NCBI GenBank assembly: GCA_030390025.1
Contig: CM059433.1
Coordinates: forward strand, 29,266,001 to 29,330,000
Source: Squalus acanthias
Taxonomy: Eukaryota
Reading direction: 5' to 3'
Length of the DNA stretch: 64,000 nt
The notes beneath the pieces were generated by a model. The model searched no databases and was not told the DNA's origin. It saw only the letters and a program-made list of their open reading frames with translations. The translations under genes were made by a program, and so were the position numbers. This document shows positions 24,112 through 35,076 of this stretch, piece by piece. Within the stretch, counting starts at the first letter, position 1. The number at the start of each line of letters is the position of its first letter.

Positions 24112-25759
24112 TGTAAGGGGTGACCTGCGGCTCTGTGCTTAGCCTGGGTGCTAGTGCGAGGTTAGGCCTTGTTGCCTGTTCTGGTCTCCAGCCAACCTGA
24201 TAACACTAGACACCTGTGAGTGGTTCGACCCACTCGCCCTTACGGTTTTGACACTGGACTTAGGTGCGAGAGCAATAATGCAGAGAAAAACTCAGGTAGA
24301 CCCGGTTGAATAGTGCGAAATGGAAAATCTTTATTGCATATTATTCAAGATTACAAGATACATGTCATAAGCACAGATTAACGACAGTACAATCTTACAC
24401 ACAGTTATGTAACTAATTTTAGGGAAACGAGGAGCGCATGACACATCGTAAAAGGGGACACACATTATACTTATCCTTAAAACTTAAACCCTCCCCTATC
24501 AATACCTGTCCTAACCTAGATTTGTAGGATCAAGACTCATGCTCACCACTCGTGATAACTCGGAGAATTCCGAAACTCTGCTCGGATGTTTTTACCGCAG
24601 CACCTGACTATCCACGTGCTGATCAGGGGTCTCTGTACCCCACTTGTTTACTCGTTTCTGCTCCGGCTAGCAGGCTGGACCGTCTGCTGTCATGAAAATC
24701 TGTGTTGTCCTCGGAGTTCCGATACTACTCAAAAAAGAGTCTTCCTGTGCCCTCACCAGTTGTCTGTAAAACTCAAAGAAGGGTCTTCTTGGGCAAGGAA
24801 GTGTTTTTTCGACTTACAGGCGCGGTCGGGGCTTACTGACCGTGGCGATGCGTATTGTCGTCTTCTTCTCTTCTCATCTCATCTCATCTCATCTCATCTC
24901 CTCTCGGGCCTTCGGTTCCAACACCGTTTACCGACTTCTCGGGATGGTGCGCCCGTTTCAAGGCCTCACAGCCCAGTCTTACACAGATCTTCGCGGCAAG
25001 CCACGAGGTTGATCCTAGCGGATCAGAGTCCAGAGCCGTCAGGCAAGAGAATAAAAGTTCAACAGCCTTCCAGCGAGTCAAAGCAGCAAGCGCAAGAAGA
25101 AGCAGAGACAGCAGTCAGCAGCAAGAGAGAGATGGACGGTTGTACCTTACAGTTATAGTGCTGTAATTCCTCTTTTCCCGCCCAATCTTAATGTCTATCT
25201 TTTGTCAGGGTTTTGGCGCTCAAACTTCTTGTATAGGGTGATCTCCGTCTTTAATGGGTTTCGGTGATACTTGTAACTGTCTGAGTACCCGTTAATACTT
25301 CTCCCATTGTGGAACCGGCTAGTAGTCTCCCTGGAGGGGTTTTGGGGCTTCCAAATGCTTTCTGTAAGTACCCGCAAACGGCTCTCTCATCGTAGAGTCG
25401 TGGGGATTTTGCATATTAATATCTTTGGATGGGTCCTTGATCGCTCGGTACAATAGCCCTTATTCGCACCTGGGAGACCGATTCCAGTATTTATGTATAA
25501 AATGCAAACCCATCATGTCTTGTCAATTATCTCAAATGTGCTGAGTCCTGTACGATCTTGCACAAATGTTTATTGGAACGCCATCTTGTCTGCCCATTGA
25601 AAGTCTAGAACTTTCTGCCACGAGGCGTGGCGGCCATTTTACAGGCTGTTTGTGTCCGTTTTGAAACCTGACAGCATTCTGCTGAAATAAAGCTGTTTGT
25701 ACGAAACTTTATGTCTCCTTCTTATTTTATAAAATTGCGATAATTTTGCGAATTCTACA
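24112..25759 (-). mobile_element. Solo LTR (1648 bp), ERV- or Gypsy-like
   Basis: TGTA...TACA termini, 4-bp TSD ACAC (24108-24111, 25760-25763), interrupts a CR1. Minus-strand AATAAA at ~24330 and a TATA-like motif at ~25155; (CTCAT)n at ~24871-24900. Confidence 0.8.
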
Positions 25760-25782
25760 ACACCTCTATGAAATCTATATTA

Positions 25783-25863
25783 AACACTTCAAAAAAGTAC
25801 TTAATTGGCTGTAAAGCGCTTTGGAACGTCCTGAAGTTGTGAAAGGTGTTATATAAATGCAAG
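25783..25863 (+). mobile_element. Deu-SINE 3' tail fragment
   Basis: cacttcaaaaagtacttaattggctgtaaagcgctttgg...tatataaatgcaag matches other SINE tails in the window. Confidence 0.7.
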
Positions 25864-26470
25864 AATGATACCAGAACTGTGAGATTCTTGGGGGCTCTTT
25901 TCTCTAGAAATGAGAAGGCTGATGGGTGACCTAATAGGGGTCTTTAAAATTATGAAGGGGTTTGGTAGGGTTAATGTAAAGAGGATGTTTCCACTTGTGG
26001 GGGAGACTGAAACTAGGGGTCATAAATATAAGAGAGTCATTAATAAATTCAAAAGGGAATTCAGGAGAAACTTCTTTACCCAGAGAGTGGTGAGAATGTG
26101 GAACTCGCTACCACAAAGAGCAGTTGATGCGATTTAGCATTGATGCATTTAAGGGGAAGCGAGATAAGTACATGAGGGAGAAAGGAATAGAAGGATATGC
26201 TGATAGGTCTTTAAAATGATGAAGGGGTTTGACCGGTTAGATGTAGAGAAGACATTTCCGCTTGTGGTAGAGACCAAAACTAAGGGCCATAAATATAAGA
26301 TAGTTACTGATAAATCCAATAAGGAATTCAGGGAAAATGGTAATGATATGCTGATAGTGTTAGATGAAGTAGAGTCGGAGGAGGCTCGTATAGAACATAA
26401 ACACCGGCATAGACCAGTTGGGCTGAATGGCCTCTTTCTGTGCTGTAAATTCTATGCAATACTTTGTACG
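25864..26470 (+). mobile_element. CR1 LINE 3' end with internal duplication
   Basis: RRL.GDLI..FKIMKG...RRNFFTQRVVRMWNSLP. The KGFDR..FPLV segment is repeated at 26206-26335, followed by the CR1 3' UTR. Confidence 0.88.
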
Positions 26471-27330
26471 TTCTTTCTAAATGTCTTACTGATAAAAAAA
26501 ATATTGTCTGTATGAAGGAATGTAGAGTTCCTTCTGGCTTTCTGATTGCTTTGTGCTAATCATGTAGTATTATTTATTTCATGCTTAGCAAGGGAGCCAT
26601 CAGATCCCAGAATCTTTACTATGAAAAGCTATGGACTCAGCCCACCGCCATCTTTGAGCAATGCCCAGGTTTTGGGGGGGTGGGGGGTGGGGGGAAGGGT
26701 CTACTAGTTATAATAGAATTTCAAACAGAGTAATGATGACTTTAGTTATTTTATGCTCTTAAATTGTTAACATTTAAGTAAATATTCTCATTTTCATGAA
26801 GATATCTATCACTGGAACTATATTACACTGATGTCATTTTATTTATATTAATGCTATTTCCACATAGTTAGGAGTTAAGTTGATTCATGTACTATTAATA
26901 AAATGTTAAATGTATCATTTTAATGACATTTCTTTGATCTGAATTTAATCACATCCCATTTATATCAAATTACCTTTTTCTTGAATTTATCTTCATTCTT
27001 TTAAATTCGCTTGCTACAGCAATGAAGTGTGTCATTGTACTGTATTCAGAATAAGATGCTAACAACATTGTTGATGGTGGTCAGAGAATATGCTACTTTG
27101 TAACTACAGGGTATTGATGACACACAGGAGATAACTTCAGGATCGCTGATTTACAGCGACCGAATAAATCAAATTGAATTCGATCACACCGTCAATTGTT
27201 CCGTGAAAACCGTACACAGCAAGATGGTGCGCAAGATGCACCAGTTGAATGTAGATATTTGATACCTAGCTGTGCTGGGGAGGAGAAAGAGGGTTTGGCT
27301 TGACTTGGCATCAGTCCAAGGCTTTGGTGG

Positions 27331-27527
27331 CAGTGGGGGAGGGTCCTGGGTTGGGTCACAGTGGGGGAGGGTCCTGGGTTGGGTCACAGTGGGGGAGGGC
27401 CCTGGGTCCACAGTGGGGGAGGGTCCTGGGTCACAGTGGGGGAGGGTCCTGGGTCACAGTGGGGGAGGGCCCTGGGTCACAGTGGGGGAGGGTCCTGGTT
27501 GGGTCACAGTGGGGGAGGGCCCTGGGT
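27331..27527 (+). repeat. G-rich minisatellite (GGGTCACAGTGGGGGAGGG[T/C]CCT)n, 23-28 bp units
   Basis: About 8 tandem units read directly. Confidence 0.92.
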
Positions 27528-27934
27528 TCTCTGGCCCCCGCCACCCCCACCGTCCGCTGCCCAGAGAAGCAAAGGGATTTGTTTAAAGGTACAGCTGGTT
27601 GAAGCCAATTTTTACATCTCAATTACTCTGTCTAGCAAAGGCTAAAGTTCACATAGAAATGCTAAACAGCTCATAGTACACTCTTGTGTGCACTATTTTT
27701 ATACAGGAATGTAGTATGAGCATGTTAAGCATTCATACGTGAACTTCACTGATTGGGATTCTATTAAATTACAGAAACAATCCATCTTGTCACAGATACG
27801 TTTTCTGTATTTTAAAATATTTATTTTAGGATATATTTAGATATGGTTTTAATTTGCATCAACTATATATTGATTATAATTTTAATATTGGTATAAGTAA
27901 TAGTTATGTATAATATTTATTCCTGTTTTTCATG

Positions 27935-29522
27935 TTTCTCTCTTATCTCCCCTCATGCCCTCTGTGAGCTCATCTTGTCCATGAGACCCACCTCCTGCTC
28001 CCTCAATGCTATTTCCACCAAACTGCTGACCACCCAACTTTCCTTCCTAGCCCCCATGTTAGCTGATATTGTTAACAGTTGTCTCTCCTCAGGTACTGTC
28101 CCCCTCTCCTTCAAATATGCCGTTGACTGCTCTGTCCTTGCAAACCTATCTCCAACCTCCCTTTCCTCTCCAAAGTCCTTGAACGTGCTGTTGCCTCCCA
28201 AATCCGTGCCCACCTTTTCCGCAACTCCATATTTTAACCCTTCCAATCAGGTTTCCACCCCTGCCACAGTATTGAAATGGCTCTTATCAAGGTCACAAAT
28301 GACATCCTTTGTGACTGTGACCATGGTAAGCTATTCCTCCTCGTCCTTCTCGACCTGTGTGCAGCCTTTGACACTGTTGGCTGCACCATCCTCCTTCAAC
28401 GCCTTTCCTCCAGTTGGGTGGGACTGCACTCGCCTGGTTGCATTTTTATCTATCCAGTCGTAGCCAGAAAATCACCTACAATGGCTTCTTTTCCTGCTCC
28501 CACACCGTTACCTCTGGTGTCCCCCAAGCACCTATCCTTGGCTCCCTCGGCGACATTATCCGAAAGCACAACGTCAGGTTCCACATGTATGCTGATGACA
28601 CCCAGATCTACCTCACCACCACCTCCCTTGACCCCTTCACTGTCTCTGATTTGCCACTCTGCTTGTCCGACATGCAGTACTGGATGAGCAGAAATTTCCT
28701 CCAACTAAATGTTGGGAAGATCGAAACCATTGTCTTCGGTCCCTGCCAGAAACTCCATTCCCTAGCCACCGACTCCATCCCTGGCCAGTGTCGCAGGCTG
28801 AACCAGACCGTTCGCAAACTTGGCATCCTATTTGACCCTGAGATGAGTTTCCAACCCTATACCCGCTCCATCACCAAGACTGCCTATTTCCACCTCCGTA
28901 TCATCGCTGAACTCCGCCCCGCTTTAGCTCATCTGCTTTTGAAACCCTCATCCAGCCTTTGTTACGTCTAGATGTGACTATTCCAATTCGCTCCTGGCTG
29001 GCCTCCCTCCTTGCACCCTCCATAAACTTGAGCTCATCGAACAGTCTGTTGCCCGTACCCTAACTCACACCAGTTCCCGTTCACCCATCACCCCTGTGCT
29101 CGCCGTCCTACACTGGCTTCCGGTCCAGCAACGCCTCAATTTCAATATTCTCATCCTTGTGTTCAAATCCTTCCATGGCCTCGCCCCTCCCTAACTCTCT
29201 AACCTCTTCCAGCCCTACAATCCTCCATGATATCTGCGCTCCTCCAATTCTGGTGCATCCCGATTTTTATCGCTCCACCATTGGTGGCCGTGCCTTCAGT
29301 TGCCTCGGCCCTAAGCTCTGGAATTCCCTCCCTAAACCTCTCCACCTCTCTCTCCTCCTTCAAGACGCTCCTTAAAACCTACCTTTTTGACTAAGCTTTT
29401 GGTCACCTGTCCTAATAGCTCCTTATGTGGCTTGGTGTCAAAATTTGTTTGATAATGCTCCTGTGAAGCACCTTGGGACATTTTACTACGTTAAAGGCGC
29501 TTATGCAAATGCAAGTTGTTGT
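27935..29522 (+). mobile_element. 5'-truncated L2 LINE (degraded reverse transcriptase to 3' end)
   Basis: Frameshifted motifs LLDLCAAFDTV, GVPQ, HMYADDTQIY, TIGGRAFS..GPKLWNSLP; L2 3' end with short (TTG) tail. Confidence 0.93.
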
Positions 29523-29726
29523 GTCAGTAAGTATCATGTAGCCAGTTTGTGTACTGCTACCCAAATGTGCAGAGAACAGTAAGAGAGAATGAAGAATGAT
29601 ATAGGGAGAAATAAAAAGAGAGAAGGGGGAGACGGCAGGGGGGAGGGGGGTGGTGGTGGGTGGGGGGGGTGAGAGGGGTGGAGAGAGAGAGAGAGAGAGT
29701 GGTGGCACCATTGCAATAAATTATAG

Positions 29727-29920
29727 GACCAGAATTTCCTGTAATGGTTAGATTGGCTGTTTCGTGTGTCGGTCTTGCCGTTACTAACTTACTCCAAAGT
29801 TTCCTGGATCTGCAACTAGAATACGCCGCAGTGAGCATAGCGGCGAATCAGAGAAGGCACAGCCAATGTTTGCTACTATCGCCTACAGTAAGAACGACCG
29901 CGGGAAGAACAGTTGGTACC
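29727..29920. mobile_element. Short MITE-like element
   Basis: Begins ggaccagaatttcc, like other MITE termini here; CpG-rich; degenerate right end. Confidence 0.35.
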
Positions 29921-30118
29921 ATTTCGAAGTCGAGGATGTATTTTTTTATAGACACTATTGCTATAGTAATATATAGGACCAATGTGCCAATTAAGATTAG
30001 AATTATTAATGTGTGGTCATGAAAATTAAGTTGTTTTTCTATTACAGGCGAAGTCGCCTTGGAATCCTAATTGTGAGGGATGTGCCATTTAGTTAAGGAA
30101 CTTAAGATGTATGAGAAT

Positions 30119-30233
30119 TTAGAATCATACAGCACAGAAGGAGGCCATTCAGCCCATCGTGCCTCTATTGGCTCTTTGGTAGAGCTATCCAATTAATCGC
30201 ACTCCCCTGCTGTTTCCCCATAGTCCTGTAAAT
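30119..30233 (-). mobile_element. CR1 3' UTR fragment
   Basis: tagaatcatacagcacagaaggaggccattcagcccatc matches other CR1 tails in reverse. Confidence 0.8.
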
Positions 30234-30600
30234 TAAAAAAAAGTTAACTCATGATTTAGCCGTGACAAGGCAATGTAATATTTTTATTTACTTACCTTAT
30301 TGATGAAGAAAGTGGCAGAGTTGTTCAAATCAATATTAGGGGTTCCATTTGTTCCTCTCTCGTGAGTTAAAGGACTGTTTAAAAAAAAGACTTTCACTTA
30401 AATTTTGGACTTGAATTAAATCTGGTTCCTCATAGATGCGATAATGGTGGAGGAGAATCACAAAGTCACTCTACATTTGTAGTTGGAAGTTCAGTAGATC
30501 AGCCCTCCCATTTGGAGGTGAACACTTCTCAAAAGATAATTAAGAATATAATTACGGCAATTAAGGAGACGAATGAGCCAATTGAAGAAAGTGTGTTTCA

Positions 30601-30777
30601 GGGGTGATTTTAACCGAACTCACCGGGTGGGAATCCCACGGGATTGGGCGGAATGCCGGTTTTACACCCTGCCCAATATTGACTTCGCTGGAGAGTAAAA
30701 TTGGGCGGGGTGCCAAACCAGCGTTGCACCCAATCCTATCGGTTTCCCGAAGGGCGGATTAGGTTAAAATTGGCATC
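30601..30777. mobile_element. Small palindromic MITE
   Basis: Inverted ends (attttaacc / ggttaaaat) and internal inverted arms (gggaatccc..ggattgggcg / cacccaatcc..ggtttccc). Confidence 0.6.
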
Positions 30778-32467
30778 TGTCCGGCCAGTCTGAATATCGT
30801 CATGGTAGGCACGGCAAGGCCTAGGGAGTGCTGGGGAAAGGTCAGGAATACTCCGATAAATGTGACTTCAAGTGAACTTTAGTTCCAAGTGCTGTGCAGT
30901 ATATAACTGGAAATGAATGGAAATCGGGGAACTATACCTGTTACAATGCCAAATATCGTTAATACACAGTGAAAGTGGGCTACTACATAATAGGTAAGAT
31001 GAAGAACAATATCTAGGGAGGAATTAGCCATGATAGTTCCTATAAGACCTCCCACTCTAAAGAAGATAAAGCCAAGTGCTCAAAGAGTTGGAGTCACTCA
31101 TTTAATTGAGCCTCCGTGGAGAATGGTTAATCAACTAAAGACTTTCCCCTGGAGGGATAACGATAATTATTCTCTCTGGGCTAAATATATCCACATCTAT
31201 CCCTACTGTAAATATGTGATGAGCTCACACAATGAAGACCAGTAGGCATATTGCTATTATTGCTCAAACTATTCCTCTCTCGCCAGAAGATACCATTTCA
31301 CTCAAGTATCAGTTTAATGCATGGCAAATCATATAGAATCCAGGTATAATTAAAGTATCAGGGTGCCCAAACAATCAGAATAGATGTTGATAAAGAATAG
31401 GGCCTCCACCTCGTGCTAGGAGAGCTCCTCTCAACCTTACATTTAAAGAGTACGGGCCACAGCTCCACTGCCCCCTCCCCCCCAATCTCCGAGATCACTC
31501 CCCTGCCCCCACCCCGGTCTCCGATCTTGCTCCCTCCCTGACCATTGATCTCCGCCCCCCCCCCCCCTCATGACCACCCCCCGGCCGCTGATCTCCCGCC
31601 CCAGCTCAATTACCTGCGGCCCGATCTTCGTTGCCTTTTCACGCTTCGCCAGCTTGTTGGAGATGAGGCCCGAGTACCAATATTGGGGGCACCTTTTGCC
31701 TCAACATTCAGGCGCAGGGATTGTAAAAATGGGATTAACTGAATTTCTACCCCGGTGTGTTTACGTTTCGGTCAGTTAATAGTATGGAGGCGAGGGGTGG
31801 GGGGAATGGTGGCTCTCAGCCCGAGGGGGCTTAAGGGTAGATTTGCTGATCAGCAACATTCATGTATGGACACCACAGCTGTTGTTAGGCAGCTGTGAAC
31901 CCCTAGATTAAGCGTTAGTGCCTGAACCCTGGCAGGTACCCAAGTGTCTGTGAACCACTAGACTAATAGTTCATACCCCAACCTGGGAACAGGTACCTGT
32001 CTGGTGCTGTTATGGGTACTCGCCCCTTTCTTCCAATGGATAAATGAATATTATTGAGAAACAGGCCCCTTATCACGCTGAAGTTCATCGGGTCAGGAGA
32101 AAAAACGACAAGTTATTAGCACTGATGAGATGAAAAGAGGAGTCTGATGTTGATCCTGAGATGATTCATTTTAATATAGGTTGCAATAAATTCAATAGAG
32201 GCCAGTGCAGAGGAAGCTCCGGCTAAGTGAAGGGAGAAACAGTCAAATCTAGGGAGGTTCCAACATGAGCAAGATTTCTGACCAGAGGAAGATAAACAGT
32301 TTCTCCAGTCCCTGCTCTAAATTGTACTCCGGTGGAATTAGTAAAAAGGAAGGTCGAAGAAGTTAAAAGTTTATTTATTTGTGGAAAGGCTATGTCTGGA
32401 GCTCCAATTATTGAGGGTATTAGTCAATTCCCAAAATCCACTAATTATAACAGGCATGACTATAAAA

Positions 32468-32582
32468 GGTGTCAGCCATGGCTCAGTGGATAGCACTCTT
32501 GCCTCTGTCAGAAGGTCATGGGTTCAAGTCCCACTCCAGAAACTTAAGTACATAATCTTGGCTGACACTCCAGTGCAGTATT
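32468..32582 (+). mobile_element. Deu-SINE 5' head (truncated)
   Basis: A-box-like tggctcagtgg and B-box ggttcaagtcc, then gctgacactccagtgcagta. Confidence 0.78.
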
Positions 32583-34686
32583 GATAGAGAAAAACATTTA
32601 CGGGGAAAAATTGGGTCGCGCCCCCTTTGGGGCGCTAACTTCGCCAGTAGCACCCCGAAAAAATTAGCGCCCCTGCGACCAAAATTCACTGGTAGCGCCC
32701 CACGAGGGAGGTGGGGCACTACTGGAAACGCCCCGCCTCCCTCTTGGGGCACTGCGAGTGAATATCACGGTGCTATGTGCCGCAGCACCACGCTCTGTGG
32801 CACGTCGCGCTGCGGTACTACAGGCCTTCCTCCCCTTATTAAAGGGGAGGGGCCTAGCGCAGCGCGACCCAGGGCCCAGCTGGGCCACCAGGGATCGGAG
32901 TGCCGGCAAAAGAGCCCGGCACTCAAGAGAAGTGCCGGGCTCATAGAGCGCATCCGGCACCCCACGGGGAGGCTGCAGAGGAGGCCGGGGACGGCAGAGG
33001 GGGCAGGTGCTGGCAGGCGGCCAGCAACAAAAATGGCCGCCCGGCACCTTCCCTTTAATTTGCGCCACCCCAGCCGCAGGTGGGCCCCCCTGACCCCATC
33101 AGACATAGTGTCCAATGGTAAGTCAGGGGGCGCTACCGAAGATCGCGGCCAGGGCGCGAGCGGGGCGCTGTGCACGGTGATGACGTCATCGCCGGCGGCG
33201 CAGCACCACGGGGCGCTAACGATTACCGCCACCGCTAACCTCCCACTGAATTTCGTGGGAGGCATTGGCGCTGCGCCCAGGCACGAGTTGCTTTGCGCCC
33301 CGTTAGGGCGCTAACGGGAGGCGCAAAGCAACCGAATTTTTAGTCCTTAGAAACCAAAAATATAATAATGAATAATCAGCAGGGATTTCAAAAGGGAAAG
33401 TCTTGCTTGACCAACCTCATTGAATTCTTTGAAGCGGTAACAGAGAGTGTGGACAAGGGTAATGCAGTAGATGTAATTTATCTAGATTTCCAAAAGGCCT
33501 TCGATAAGGTGCCACACAATAGATTAATGAATAAGGTCAGAACATGTGGAGTCGGTACCAGTAGTATAATGGATAGCTAGCTGGCTTCAAGGCAGAAAGC
33601 AGAGAGTAGGGATAAAGGGTAGCTATTCAGAGTGGCAGAAAGTGGAAAGTATGAACCCACAAGGATCAGTGCTGGGACCACTGTTGTTCACAATTTATAT
33701 TAATGACTTAGACTTTGGAATCAAAAACACAATTTCTCAATTTGCGGATGACCTCAAATTGGGGGAGGGGGGATAGTCAATACTGAGAAGGACTGCAACA
33801 AATTGCAAGAAGACATTAATAAACTTGCAGAATGGGCATATAATTGGCAAGTGAATTTCAGCACAGATAAGTGTGAGGTAGTACAATTTGATAAGAAAAA
33901 TAAGGAGGTCACATATTACTTGGAAAATAAGAATCTAAGTGGGGTAGAGGAACAAAGGGATCTCGGAGTACAAATACACAAATCAGTAAAAGTAGCGATG
34001 CAGGTTAATAAGGCCATAAAAAATCAAACCAAGCACTAGGGTTTATTTCTGGAGGGATAGAATTGAAAAGTCGAGAAGTTATGCTGAACCTGTATCGAAC
34101 TTTGGTTAGGCCACACTTGGAGTACTGTGTACAATTCTGGTCGCCATATTATAAGAAGGATATAGAGGCACTGGGGAGGGTGCAAAAAAGATTTACAAGG
34201 ATGATACCAGAAATGCGAGGTTATACCTATCAGGAGAGGATGAACAGGCTGGGTCTCTTTTCTCTTTAAAAGAGAAGGCTGAGGGGTGACCTAATAGAGG
34301 TCTTTAAAATTATGAAAGGTTTTGATAGAGTAGACACAGAGAGAGCATTTCCACTTGTGGGGAAGAGCATAACTAGAGGCCATCAATATAAGACAGTCAC
34401 CAAGAAATCAAACAGGGAATTCAGAAGAAACTTCTTTACTCAGAGAGTGTTGAGAATGTGGAACTCGCTATCACAGGAAGTGGTTGAGGCGAATAGTATA
34501 GGTGCATTTAAGGGAAGGCTAGATAAGCACATGAGGGAGAAGGGAATAGAGGATTATGCTGAAAGAGTTAGATGAGGAAGGATGGTAGGAGGCTTGAGTG
34601 GAGCATAAAAGCTGGCATGGACTGGTTGGGCCGAATGACCTGTTTCTGTGCCGTATATTCTATGTAATTCAATGCAATTCTATGTA
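32583..34686 (+). mobile_element. 5'-truncated CR1 LINE (reverse transcriptase to 3' end)
   Basis: QQGFQKGKSCLTNLIEFF, YLDFQKAFDKVPH, FADD, LVRPHLEYCVQFWSP, WNSL; ends in ATTCTATGT-like repeats. Confidence 0.95.
32601..33346. mobile_element. GC/CpG-rich PIF/Harbinger-type MITE inserted in a CR1
   Basis: Imperfect 19-bp TIRs, TTA TSD (32598-32600, 33347-33349), repeated GGGCGCTAAC subterminal motifs. The CR1 reading ..KHL|ETKNII is restored on removal. Confidence 0.8.
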
Positions 34687-35076
34687 AAATGTGAACAGTT
34701 ACATTGACATTATAGATTCGATGATCTTCTAGAAGCGTTCCTGGTCACCCTATTTCTGCGTGGATCAGCAGGCTTAGGGCTGTGCCCAGTAATTTTGCCC
34801 ATGCACTAAAGATCAAATAGAATGTGCTGATACCTTTAGATAAAGCAAACAGTAATGTTCTTAATTGCCTCTCTGAGCACGCACTAACCACTGTTCTCTA
34901 GCCACAGAGGCAATGCTTCCGGCCGAATGCTTTTGCTAAAACTGATTATAATAATTTATTTGGGCATTGGAAATATGTTTAAAGTCACGTGGCTAGGCCG
35001 GTCACCAAAGGCCCACCAGTGCCATTGTTTTAGGTCTGAGTGGCAGCTGTGATAAGAGTAACATTACTTCAGGAAA

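Noticed and set aside
24586..25166. 190-aa and 103-aa ORFs
   Set aside because: They lie inside the solo LTR, include a (CTCAT)n microsatellite and show no recognisable domain.
26730..26835. Possible C/D box snoRNA (ATGATGA...CTGA)
   Set aside because: Very AT-rich, with no convincing terminal stem or rRNA-antisense element that I can recognise.
27184..27645. Gly/Trp-rich ORFs in several frames
   Set aside because: They are translations of the G-rich minisatellite.
29905..29930. TGGTACCA as a retroviral primer-binding site
   Set aside because: Only 8 nt fit a tRNA end, it coincides with the MITE-like right end, and no upstream LTR is evident.
32664..33314. Overlapping 134-179 aa ORFs
   Set aside because: Expected in a GC-rich MITE with few stop codons; no domain motifs.
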